A stretch of 63,124 nucleotides of DNA, filler included, from Octopus bimaculoides (lineage: Eukaryota): NCBI RefSeq assembly GCF_001194135.2. It is 5 parts of 4 records of this genome, joined end to end, with 100 filler letters (N's around TTAATTAATTAA, not from the genome) between each part and the next. Parts side by side here need not be neighbours in the genome. Positions count along the whole stretch, not along the records: positions 37,028 to 53,116 come from NC_068986.1; 4 more parts are not named here. One strand, 5' to 3'. The notes beneath the pieces are model-generated. The model saw only the letters and a program-made list of their open reading frames with translations. It had not been told where the DNA came from and did no database searches. The number at the start of each line of letters is the position of its first letter. Position 1 is the stretch's first letter. Made by a program: the position numbers and the translations under genes. Below, piece after piece: positions 37,560 through 49,202 of the stretch.

Positions 37560-38690
37560 TGAAAATCTTTTTATCACACCTTTTTAATGAATCCACTGAG
37601 AGCCTCAGTGGCTACTTCAATAGAGAGTCGGAAGTGTCGACATGGCCGAATAAGATTATCTTATTCAATTTTGCATATAGTACTTGTTATGGTGGAGATG
37701 AGAGATTGTTTGGTATTTTGGATGTGTTGATTGGCCTCGCTTTTTCTCTTCCCACACTCTCTCGACCACGCTTCATTCGTGGATTGAGGCCTGTTGAGAT
37801 AGGAAGCTATATGTTTGGGAAATATATTGGCATAGAGAATGTCACGCATCCGCGCAAGGTTGTCCTAGCCTTATGAGAAATTTCAGCGTCTTGTTAGAAG
37901 ACGTACGGTCTTCCGCTGTGTACTGTCTATCCAGTGCCTCCCAACTTTCTCCAACACCTTCATGAAGACTGCAGGATTGACGCTTAATTTTTTGTGAAAA
38001 ACGAGAGGAGCATGACAACTCCCTTGTTTTTCACGACTTCCAGAACCATCGCAATGACGGGGAACGTAGTATGCATGACTGCCGGAACATCATTTGGGCC
38101 TCTGCATAACATTTTGTTGTTCGTTCAGCTTCTCGTTTGGTCCAAATCGAAGTATTTGTTATGGGAGGAGAACCAAAGCATTCCAGCGTCTTGATATTAT
38201 TATAACTTGTTTACCAAACGCTTTATTGGAATTAAACGATGCTCTCTTGTCACATTCATCATAAAGTGACCCTCGTATCACATACAATTTGTACCGTACG
38301 TCTAAATGCATTACTCTTCTGATGTTGTTTTCTGAAATTTCGAGTTCCTTTGCGATAGTTTCGGCTGAATTTCCTCCGGGGATTTTTTTTTTTTTTTGAT
38401 TATGCTGTGGAAGTTTTTCCAAGGTTATATCTTGCGCGCGTTTTGCGTTTAACTGATGATGTTGGATTCTCGTCAGCAGCTTCCAGCACCTTTCGAAATT
38501 TGACAACGACAGACCGGACAACTTACCGGAAGCGAGCTATCTCTGCATTACTATGCTCCGCTTGTATGGCAACGATTACAACGTGCCATTTTATTTCCTG
38601 TATCAACATGATACCTGACATTATTTATACGAAAAGTAAAGTTAAAAATAAACGAGAAGAAATTTGGAGCNNNNNNNNNNTTTTTTTACA
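37560..38690 (-). mobile_element. Decayed maT (DD37D-like) transposase, near full length
   Basis: IAKELEISENNIRRVMHLDVRYKLYV; VPAVMHT...MVLEVVKNKGVVM; NTKQSLISTI...LIRPCRHFR...EALSGFI. Confidence 0.75.
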
Positions 38691-38864
38691 CGAACATTGC
38701 TGTGATACACAATCCCTATTGATCGCCTTTTTTTTCTTTTTTTTTCTCGATCCCTTTTGATCGAACTCCTCCCTTTTTTCTCTCCTTCCCCTTCCCAAAA
38801 AGAAAAGCTCTACATTGTATTTTTCCCCTCTGTGTAAAGCCCTGTGTGGCTAATAAAAGAAATG

Positions 38865-38914
<50 letters not shown>

Positions 38915-39716
38915 CCTATCTATCTATCGATCGATCTGTTTGTCTGACTGTCTGTCTACGATATTATCCATTATGTTATGCGGATGGGTGCAAATTTTGT
39001 TTTGTTTTTTTAGAGGAAAACAACACTTCACATATTTTAGTCAATTATAACAGCAGAAAAATATAAAGCGAAATGTGAACGAAAGAAGTGTTTAATACAT
39101 AGAGAGCCAAATTAAAGCATGATGTAACTATTGAAAGAAGCGATTATTTATTTAATTCAGGTGCAGAAGTAGAAACCATTGTCTCCACTTCTCCACGAGT
39201 CATAAAAGAAATCTTTAGATGTCAGCTTGTTTTTGATGACTTGTCGTTATTATACCGTTCAATAATGGGATAATAAAAACTGTGATTTATTGTCTCCAGC
39301 TGTTTACTAGTATCGGCGGTGTTACATTAAATAAATACGCATCGTTTTCGCATTCGTCATTCTTTCAAGTTTCTTCGCTGCTTTCTCCTTTTCGCATTCG
39401 TAAGTAAACCGTTATCAATTTTTTTATTTTTTAAGAAATTTGTACGAAATATTTGCATCACTGTTTTGAATCATAGCTAAGGCATAGTTCTAAAAATTGA
39501 ATCTTTTCATCAATCTTTCTTTATTTAATGCATAAATTCAGAAACGGGTCTAATATAATGTTATCTAGCAGTATCTTGATTTGATTTTATTGGTAAAGAA
39601 AATAAAATATAAAGCACAACGTCCAAACTAACTGTATTTTCTGTTTTTGTATGTAAACATTTGCCTGTGTGCATGTCCATTTATTTATCTATCTATCTAT
39701 CTATCTATTCCTATAT

Positions 39717-39774
<58 letters not shown>

Positions 39775-40304
39775 ATTTGTTTGTCTGTCTAACTATCTAT
39801 CTAACTATCTCTCTCTTTCTTTCTATATATANNNNNNNNNNNNNNNNNNNNNNNNNNNNNNNNNNNNNNNNNNNNNNNNNNNNNNNNNNNNNNNNNNNNN
39901 NNNNNNNNNNNNNNNNNNNNNNNNNNNNNNNNNNNNNNNNNNNNNNNNNNNNNNNNNNNNNNNNNNNNNNNNNNNNNNNNNNNNNNNNNNNNNNNNNNNN
40001 NNNNNNNNNNNNNNNNNNNNNNNNNNNNNNNNNNNNNNNNNNNNNNNNNNNNNNNNNNNNNNNNNNNNNNNNNNNNNNNNNNNNNNNNNNNNNNNNNNNN
40101 NNNNNNNNNNNNNNNNNNNNNNNNNNNNNNNNNNNNNNTATTTATCTATCTATCTATCATTCTACCACCTATCATGTATCTTCTGGGATAGCGTAGAGAC
40201 TTACGCTTTAATAGCGTCCGCATGAATAACAATCCTAAATTGTATGCTTGCTGTATAGAATGTGGAGATAGTTCAGTATGTGAGAGTAGGCAAATTGTAA
40301 CATG

Positions 40305-40440
40305 ATTACTAAGTTGTCGACTTTGCCTTTCATTTTCTCGAATCGATAAAATTAGTACCAGTTGAGCACTGAGGGACAATATAATCGATTTACATACACT
40401 CCCAAAATGGCAGGCCATGTACAAGAATTTGAAACCAATA
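40305..40440 (+). mobile_element. SINE family D 3' portion
   Basis: gtcgactttgcctttcat...cgataaaattagtaccagttgagcactg...gaatttgaaaccaat. Confidence 0.8.
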
Positions 40441-41739
40441 TGGCTTCTGCGTGGGATATTGTTAATACTAGTGGTCACTGAAATAATAGGAATGGTATGA
40501 ATGTTAATAATAGACATTATGATAGGAAAACATTCTTAATGATAAAATGAAATCCAATAACAACACAAAATTAAAACGACTGAATAAATAAAGATAAATA
40601 AATAAATAAATAAAGAGGCAAAGCAGCAAATCTTTGTGTCCTAAGAATAATATTAAATTGTGTTAAATTTACTAATGATACTAATTCAGATAAAATTCAA
40701 TATGAATCACAACATACAAAGATAATGATAAAGCAATACTGCGTTGAGGGCAATAAATACAGAATGTGGTAAGGAAAATACTACCATTAAATTTAATTGC
40801 AATAGAAATAGCAAGAATTATTATCTAAAATCAGGATCCCCGTTAAAAATGATAACCAGACGAGAAAAGAAAACATTAGCAGAAACAAGGAGGACGATAC
40901 GGTATCTATCAATAATGAAGATAATTGCAATTATATAGATAGTACTATAAATTTGCATTGGCCGAAGTATTTTAAGGAATATCTCCACACGTATGCACTT
41001 CCGGCTTTGTTTCTTCATAACTTCCATAAAAAGGATAATTTTCGATGAACTTTAATGTGAATATACCTCAGCTAGTACAGATTTCGATTATATCTGGATT
41101 TCAGTTGAAAAAAATGTTCAGAGTGTAGGGTGACGAATATCGGAAAATTCACAGACGTTTGCTTTGTTTCCACATAAGTTACAGGAAAATGGGTATTTGT
41201 AAATGAAATTTTCTACAAATGCATTTCAGATGGGGTAAATTATGATTACATCTTTATTTCATACGAAAGAGAAAATTGGTGTGCTTGCACACAAACATAC
41301 TGACACACATCACAATTTGTTTCGATGATGCAAGTTTCATTTTATAGATATAGATGACGTATGCTAGTATGTGTGTGTAGGTATGTGTACGAGTCCACCA
41401 ATCTTGTTTTTCATATCAAATTCCTATATAATCATAATCAGCACACTATGAGAACTATTCATAGAAAATATCATTAAAAATTACCAATTTTTGTGAAAGA
41501 TATAATAAAACAAATCTGACCCGTGTGAATTTTTCGAAACTGCTTTCCCAATTCAAGGAAAAAATATTTTCCACAACAGGTTCTCATGCAATGACAATCT
41601 ACACAATCTGGAGCGTATTTGTTTCCTTATATCCTCCATTTACTGGAAGATATAAGGAAACAAAGTCGGGAGGCACGCATGTGGAGGTATGCCGTATTCT
41701 AATACCAAAGTTGGGACTAATTCTGAAAGCAGTAATGTG

Positions 41740-42530
41740 ATTTATGTAATCGACGGACAAAAGTTAGACTTTAACCCTGCTCGAACCGGTACGAGCAATA
41801 ATAATGTCTATTGACGATTACGTAGCAGAATGATACAACTAATATAACTAATATAACGGCGGTATCTTTCAGAACCCTGGATAAACATTTTCCTCTAATA
41901 GCCCATAGTGTAAGACCTCTAATAGAATATAGATAAGCTTGTCTATTCTACGACATCTAACATTGCTCAATAGCTAGCTAGATTCAACTGTACAAGAGTA
42001 TACAATATCAACCCTAAAGAACTTGGTCCTAATTATACAACTAACATTCTAAATAACAGCATACATGAAGTGAGATCTAATAATCAAGATAACACACTAA
42101 CTAATGATAGTAACCCTACAACAAATAGTAACCCTAATGTATCATATAGAGTGAAAACAACTTTGTAACTGTAGAAATAAAGCTATGTGCACACTTTCTG
42201 TATATTGCTTTAGAAAGAATATCATTTCCAAATGTTCTGTACATACGCTTGGTGAAGCGCATTCGAATAATGCTACTTCTAATTTAAATCTCGATGGAAT
42301 AACCATAGAAAGAGCTTTAAGGATAGACGTTTTATTGCTCATCGTTAGCTAATTTTTTTCTTGTTACTCGCCGATACAAATGTTGAGTATGAAATTCCTT
42401 CAATTATACGCACATGACAATATAATAGGGGTGCTAACGATGAATGCAGTTCGTGTATATCTGAAATCCAACATTTGATCAGGTGTAAATCAAATCTCAT
42501 TGCCTAAGAGATGAGGTAGTTATACGATGT
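41740..42530 (+). mobile_element. Penelope-like element 3' part (RT thumb to GIY-YIG endonuclease), decayed
   Basis: LDKHFP, KLVYSTTSNI, CNCRNKAMCTLSVYCFRKNIISKC, FKSRWNNHRKSF, ECSSCISE motifs in colinear order. Confidence 0.75.
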
Positions 42531-43190
42531 CCACATATGTACTGCACATTCGTTCTACATAATCCGAAAAACCAAACCTATCAACAATAATCGGAACACA
42601 CTAATACGCAACTAGTGGGCTAAGGAAAATTTCGGTCATTCTAGATAATAATATCCCTATTTTTCTACCCTATTTTCTCCGCCTTAACTCACTTATCCCC
42701 TATACTTGGCTAAAGTTTTCAAAGGTGTCATACGTAACCTTATCTATCATAAATGCAGTACCATTCATTTTTGATATACTACTATTATATGCTGTCTATA
42801 TAATTTACTAGTAACTTTTTTTACCAATGAATCCACTATATTTGTTTACTTGTTGGCTATGCAATTATCTAATACCTAATTGTCTTATACTGCGTATCTA
42901 GAACCGTGGTCCTATAACTATGATCGAAAACATTTTGTAGTTGACCTACCCTGCCATATGTACAGACTGTAACGCGACGTTATTGTGAATGTAGGCTTGT
43001 GTGTCACACAAACCTATTATTGTATGTTACACGTATATGAACTCGTTATAGTGAAGAGGAAACTAACAACCCAGAGCTAATTCGGTTTATCGCTAGTCCA
43101 TTAAATACTTGGGCATTGTATATGACATGTTTATTAAGAATAACACCTGTCGCATAAGTTATAAGTTACACCTGTATCCCATTTATATTT

Positions 43191-43402
<212 letters not shown>

Positions 43403-43505
43403 ATGCGTCGAATACGGCCACAAAAATGATAGTTATAAATATTCAGGCAACAAGCCCTGATATGCTACGACGAATGTGTGTGTGTGTGTATTTATATATA
43501 TATGC

Positions 43506-43538
<33 letters not shown>

Positions 43539-44352
43539 ACAAATTAAGGTACTCAGAAATCTGGATGTTTGTACGTTTACAGATTTTTATTAATGTCACA
43601 TGTTTTATAAATTAAATAAAGCGCTTTTCACCTAATCGTGTAGGATTTTCAAATTGTTTTCAGTTCACCTTGCGGTGAGGTCTCTATATATAGTTTTATT
43701 CAGTGTGTAGGGGTGGAGAGAGAGATATATAGGATAGTAAGAGAGGGTGAGGAATGGNNNNNNNNNNNNNNNNNNNNNNNNNNNNNNNNNNNNNNNNNNN
43801 NNNNNNNNNNNNNNNNNNNNNNNNNNNNNNNNNNNNNNNNNNNNNNNNNNNNNNNNNNNNNNNNNNNNNNNNNNNNNNNNNNNNNNNNNNNNNNNNNNNN
43901 NNNNNNNNNNNNNNNNNNNNNNNNNNNNNNNNNNNNNNNNNNNNNNNNNNNNNNNNNNNNNNNNNNNNNNNNNNNNNNNNNNNNNNNNNNNNNNNNNNNN
44001 NNNNNNNNNNNNNNNNNNNNNNNNNNNNNNNNNNNNNNNNNNNNNNNNNNNNNNNNNNNNTTGTGTGTGTGTATGTGTGTATGTATGTGTGTGTGTGTGT
44101 CTGTGTGCGTGCGTGTGTGTGTGTGTGCCTGTGTATTTGAAAGGTGTGTCAGATTCTGTTTACAGTTGGTCAGTTCGTGCAATGACAAGTACAAACATCC
44201 AGATTTCTGAGTACCTTATTTTTTTTCTATAATATAATTTCTGTACATCACCTCCAAATCTTCCAATATATATATATATATACGTGTGTGTGTGTGTGTG
44301 TTCGTGTGTGCGTGTGTGCGTGTGTGCGTGTGTTCGTGTGTGTGTGTGTGTG

Positions 44353-44389
<37 letters not shown>

Positions 44390-44830
44390 GTCTAATAATA
44401 CTAAAATGTAACAGCATAAGAATGAGACCTCGATATTTTATTTATGTTGTCATTATAGTACTCGGAGTTGCGAATGTTGGAGCGACGAGCCACGATACAT
44501 TCTCGTCGGCTATTATTGCCAATAGACGCTATGACAAAAGCCGTTAAATGAAAGGAAAGTAACTCTAATAGGTGTAAAATAAGATAAAAATTACACGAAA
44601 ACATATTCTCACAATACATAGAGATAAACGTCCTGCGTTCACAACGTCTACATACGTACACACTCGCACAAACATGTATACGTACATGCATAGGCACACA
44701 CACAAACATATATGTATGTACATACTCACTCATGCACACATATCTACACTTAAAACACACGCACACATGTATACACACACACACACACACATATATATAT
44801 ATGTGTGTGTGTGTATACATACACAGACGT

Positions 44831-44901
<71 letters not shown>

Positions 44902-45369
44902 CAGCCTCTCATCACACACCTACAGCCGCACATATACAAACATGCATATCCATATAGATGAAGGGGGTGTGTGGAAAAAAGTAGTACATATGCACCGGAC
45001 ACAGTCTTACACTCATATACATACATATACACATATACATATACATATATAATTATGTACACACATATACCAATATTATATATACATACATATAGACACA
45101 CACATACACACTCACACAAATAAGAAGGAAAAAAGAAAAATGAAAGTAATATATGTATAAAATGGAAAATTAGAAATTAATATTTAAAAATTAACGGAAG
45201 TTAAAACATATGGGAAAGCCTGTTCAGAAACTGAGTAGAAATGTGGATTCTAGCTGTGATCTTGGGGTGGAGTGGGGCCAAAACCGTAACAGGTGTTTCG
45301 TGATGTGTGGACATGATCGAAAAAGTTCAGTTCTTGAATTTAAACATGGTTTTTGTAAGCCGACGAGTA

Positions 45370-45452
45370 CTTAACCTTTCGTTCTGTTTTGCCGAACCGC
45401 TAAGTTACGGGGCCGTAAACACCAGCATCGGTGTTGGTGGGGAATATATACG
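45370..45452 (-). mobile_element. SINE family A 3' fragment
   Basis: ttttgccgaaccgctaagttacgggg.cgtaaacaccagcatcgg. Confidence 0.8.
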
Positions 45453-45492
45453 GACAAACACACACACACCTTTGTATATATACGTATGTTTG

Positions 45493-45535
<43 letters not shown>

Positions 45536-47604
45536 NNNNNNNNNNNNNNNNNNNNNNNNNNNNNNNNNNNNNNNNNNNNNNNNNNNNNNNNNNNNNNNNN
45601 NNNNNNNNNNNNNNNNNNNNNNNNNNNNNNNNNNNNNNNNNNNNNNNNNNNNNNNNNNNNNNNNNNNNNNNNNNNNNNNNNNNNNNNNNNNNNNNNNNNN
45701 NNNNNNNNNNNNNNNNNNNNNNNNNNNNNNNNNNNNNNNNNNNNNNNNNNNNNNNNNNNNNNNNNNNNNNNNNNNNNNNNNNNNNNNNNNNNNNNNNNNN
45801 NNNNNNNNNNNNNNNNNNNNNNNNNNNNNNNNNNNNNNNNNNNNNNNNNNNNNNNNNNNNNNNNNNNNNNNNNNNNNNNNNNNNNNNNNNNNNNNNNNNN
45901 NNNNNNNNNNNNNNNNNNNNNNNNNNNNNNNNNNNNNNNNNNNNNNNNNNNNNNNNNNNNNNNNNNNNNNNNNNNNNNNNNNNNNNNNNNNNNNNNNNNN
46001 NNNNNNNNNNNNNNNNNNNNNNNNNNNNNNNNNNNNNNNNNNNNNNNNNNNNNNNNNNNNNNNNNNNNNNNNNNNNNNNNNNNNNNNNNNNNNNNNNNNN
46101 NNNNNNNNNNNNNNNNNNNNNNNNNNNNNNNNNNNNNNNNNNNNNNNNNNNNNNNNNNNNNNNNNNNNNNNNNNNNNNNNNNNNNNNNNNNNNNNNNNNN
46201 NNNNNNNNNNNNNNNNNNNNNNNNNNNNNNNNNNNNNNNNNNNNNNNNNNNNNNNNNNNNNNNNNNNNNNNNNNNNNNNNNNNNNNNNNNNNNNNNNNNN
46301 NNNNNNNNNNNNNNNNNNNNNNNNNNNNNNNNNNNNNNNNNNNNNNNNNNNNNNNNNNNNNNNNNNNNNNNNNNNNNNNNNNNNNNNNNNNNNNNNNNNN
46401 NNNNNNNNNNNNNNNNNNNNNNNNNNNNNNNNNNNNNNNNNNNNNNNNNNNNNNNNNNNNNNNNNNNNNNNNNNNNNNNNNNNNNNACAACGCACTACCC
46501 GGTCTAGGAATTCAAACCAGAATCTAGCGATCGTGAGTGCAACACGCTAACCACTTAGCCATATATGTAATATTTTGAACGCAGTATAGCCGTGAAAACA
46601 GCAAAAAGATTGGGTGTTCATCCTTAAAAGACGGTTCTACTGCGTTTGAGATAGTACTTGTCTGTAAAATAGGAAGCACAGTCTACACATCCAAAGTTTG
46701 TTTAGAAACTGTTGTTGGACACACACATGCACACACACATGCACACACGCATACACAGACACGCACACATTATATATACACGCATGTATATGTATACATA
46801 CGTATGCATGTGATATAGATTTTTGCATGTGCATGCATCGTTGTATATATGTATGTATGTGTGTGTGTGTGTGTGTTTATGAGTGTGCATATTCATGTTT
46901 ATGCATCTATGTGTATGAATTTTTTGGTTGCTTTTAGCCGTGATGACATCTTTACAAATTCTATGCGTGTATGTATAAGTGTGAATATTTGATGATGCCT
47001 AATTATAATATACTATATGTGTATAAGAGTGTGTCTTACGTGTAAACATGTGCACCAGTCGCAGAGACAAATATATCTATTCTTCGAAACTAGCCGAGTA
47101 TGACATTTTGGCCACCTCTTGTTTACGTTCATTTGAAATATGTGTACCTGGTGACCCATAACTATATAAAGAAGTCTTTTTGTTTCTTTTGTCTGGTAAA
47201 CACTCTGTTTTTTATCTTCTCGCGTTTATTTGTATTTCATTTTAATTTACTTTACGTATTTTATTTTTTTATCTCACTCTTTAAAGTGACATTATATTAT
47301 ATTCTATTTCATTTTATATCCTATGGTAATCTGCAGCTAAATTTTGGTTAAGAAATTGATTAGTAATTACTTTTTTTTTTTTTAGTTTTATTGTATTTAT
47401 TTTCTGATTCTATTTATCAACTTACTTTCGCTTTTAATCATGGATATTCTATTTTCTACGAAGTGTGGAAGCGTAACAAATGCTTCTCAAGGCTGATGCT
47501 GTATAATGAGACAATTAGCTAAATTTTTCAGAGTTAGTTGTTTACTGCTTTCGAAATGTTCTGATGAGAAATGCGAATCATTATGTTACAGTAAAATTAT
47601 ATAT

Positions 47605-47644
<40 letters not shown>

Positions 47645-47872
47645 NNNNNNNNNNNNNNNNNNNNNNNNNNNNNNNNNNNNNNNNNNNNNNNNNNNNNNNN
47701 NNNNNNNNNNNNNNNNNNNNNNNNNNNNNNNNNNNNNNNNNNNNNNNNNNNNNNNNNNNNNNNNNNNNNNNNNNNNNNNNNNNNNNNNNNNNNNNNNNNN
47801 NNNNNNNNNNNNNNNNNNNNNNNNNNNNNNNNNNNNNNNNNNNNNNNNNNNNNNNNNNNNNNNNNNNNNNNN

Positions 47873-47931
<59 letters not shown>

Positions 47932-48134
47932 TTGTCTGTATGTATATGTGTGTATGTGGTTGTGTATATGCGTGTGCATGTGCGCGTGCGCATGTGTGTG
48001 TTATTCGTTTTAGCGTCGCTAATGTTACTGGATATAGATTGCAAAACAGCTGTAATAAAATGAAATAAACATTTCATCTCAGACTTTCCTTATTTTGGTT
48101 AATAATTATATCATCGTGAGCGTTGCAGTTTCTG

Positions 48135-48200
48135 GATTTCTACATATCTAAGTTCCGGGTTTTGGAAATTTAATCCTTGAGCCTGTTCAGTGTAGGGCAC
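48135..48200 (-). ncRNA. Degenerate inverted hammerhead copy (probably inactive)
   Basis: Minus strand reads ctaca CTGAACA GGCTCAAGGATT...CCC GGAA CTTAGATA tgtag; core mutated. Confidence 0.5.
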
Positions 48201-48669
48201 CTGTTAAAAAGTCAAGTACGTCACGTTACGTTATATGTCCGTCAGCGTACTAGCCTTGTTTTGCGCCAAAAACACAGCACATGGGGCAAAAATATTTATG
48301 AACAAAGCATCCAAACACTAAGGTTGGAAATAAGATGTTACTACTGTTAATATCATTTGTGCATAAAATTTAAAATTGATGGTATTTCTAGCAGGTTGAT
48401 GCTTATCTGCACCTTTACGTTTCGTGCTAATTTTGAATATCATAGCTAAAAAAGGCTAATTGTCTGCGAACTACCTATGTTGCTACTGTTGATACCATCA
48501 ATTTTAAATTTTATCCAAAGATTATATTAACAATGGTAACATCTTATTTCAAACCTTAGTGTTTGTATGTCTTGTTCATAAATATTTTTGCAACATGTGC
48601 TGTGTTTTTGGCACAAAACAAGACCAGTTCGCTAACAGAGAAATAACGTGACGGACTTGAATTTTTACC

Positions 48670-48739
48670 AGGTGATCTACACTGAAGAGACTCAAGGATT
48701 ATATTTCTAAAAGCCGAAACTCGGGTATGTAGATATCCT
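48670..48739 (+). ncRNA. Type I hammerhead ribozyme (intact core, minimal stem III)
   Basis: Stem I atctaca 48675-48681 / tgtagat 48728-48734; CTGAAGA 48682-48688; GAAA 48716-48719; GTA triplet 48725-48727; G-C closing stem II. Confidence 0.7.
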
Positions 48740-48984
48740 AAAGAGCACAACCTTTCATAAGTTTGCATTTGAATATATTAATTCTTTCCGTTTCCTCGCC
48801 TACTGTTATTTCTCTGTTATCTTGGTACTTTACGGTGCTCTAATTAAGACTTTAGCTCTCATTTCTAGCAGGTTGGTGCTTTTATGCATCCTTACGCTTC
48901 GTGCTAATTTTGTATATTTATAGCTATTTGCCTGCAAAGCACCTATGTTATTACTGTTGATACCATCAATTTAAAATTTTATCC

Positions 48985-49146
48985 GCAGCGGTGGTTGTGT
49001 GGTAAGTAGCTTGCTTACCGACCACATGCTTCCGGGTTCAGTCCCACTGCGTGGCACCTTGGGCAAGAGTCTTCTACTATAGCCTCACTCCAACCAAAGC
49101 CTTGTGAGTGGATTTGGCAGACGGAAACTGAAAGAAGCCCGTCGTA
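48985..49146 (+). mobile_element. SINE family A 5' half
   Basis: gttgtgtggtaagtagcttgcttacc...ccgggttcagtcccactgcgtggcaccttgggcaag...gaaactgaaagaagcccgtcg. Confidence 0.9.
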
Positions 49147-49169
49147 TATATATATATATATATATAAAT

Positions 49170-49202
<33 letters not shown>

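Larger units (their letters stand above)
48135..48984. mobile_element. Non-coding hammerhead-bearing element: inverted arms plus 477-bp-offset direct repeat
   Basis: 48135-48390 is the inverse of ~48490-48740; 48384-48516 is repeated at 48861-48984. Confidence 0.65.

Noticed and set aside
48672-48724. Apparent exon (accag|GTG...CGG|gtatgt)
   Set aside because: Stops in all three frames; better explained as the hammerhead, whose GTA triplet mimics a donor.
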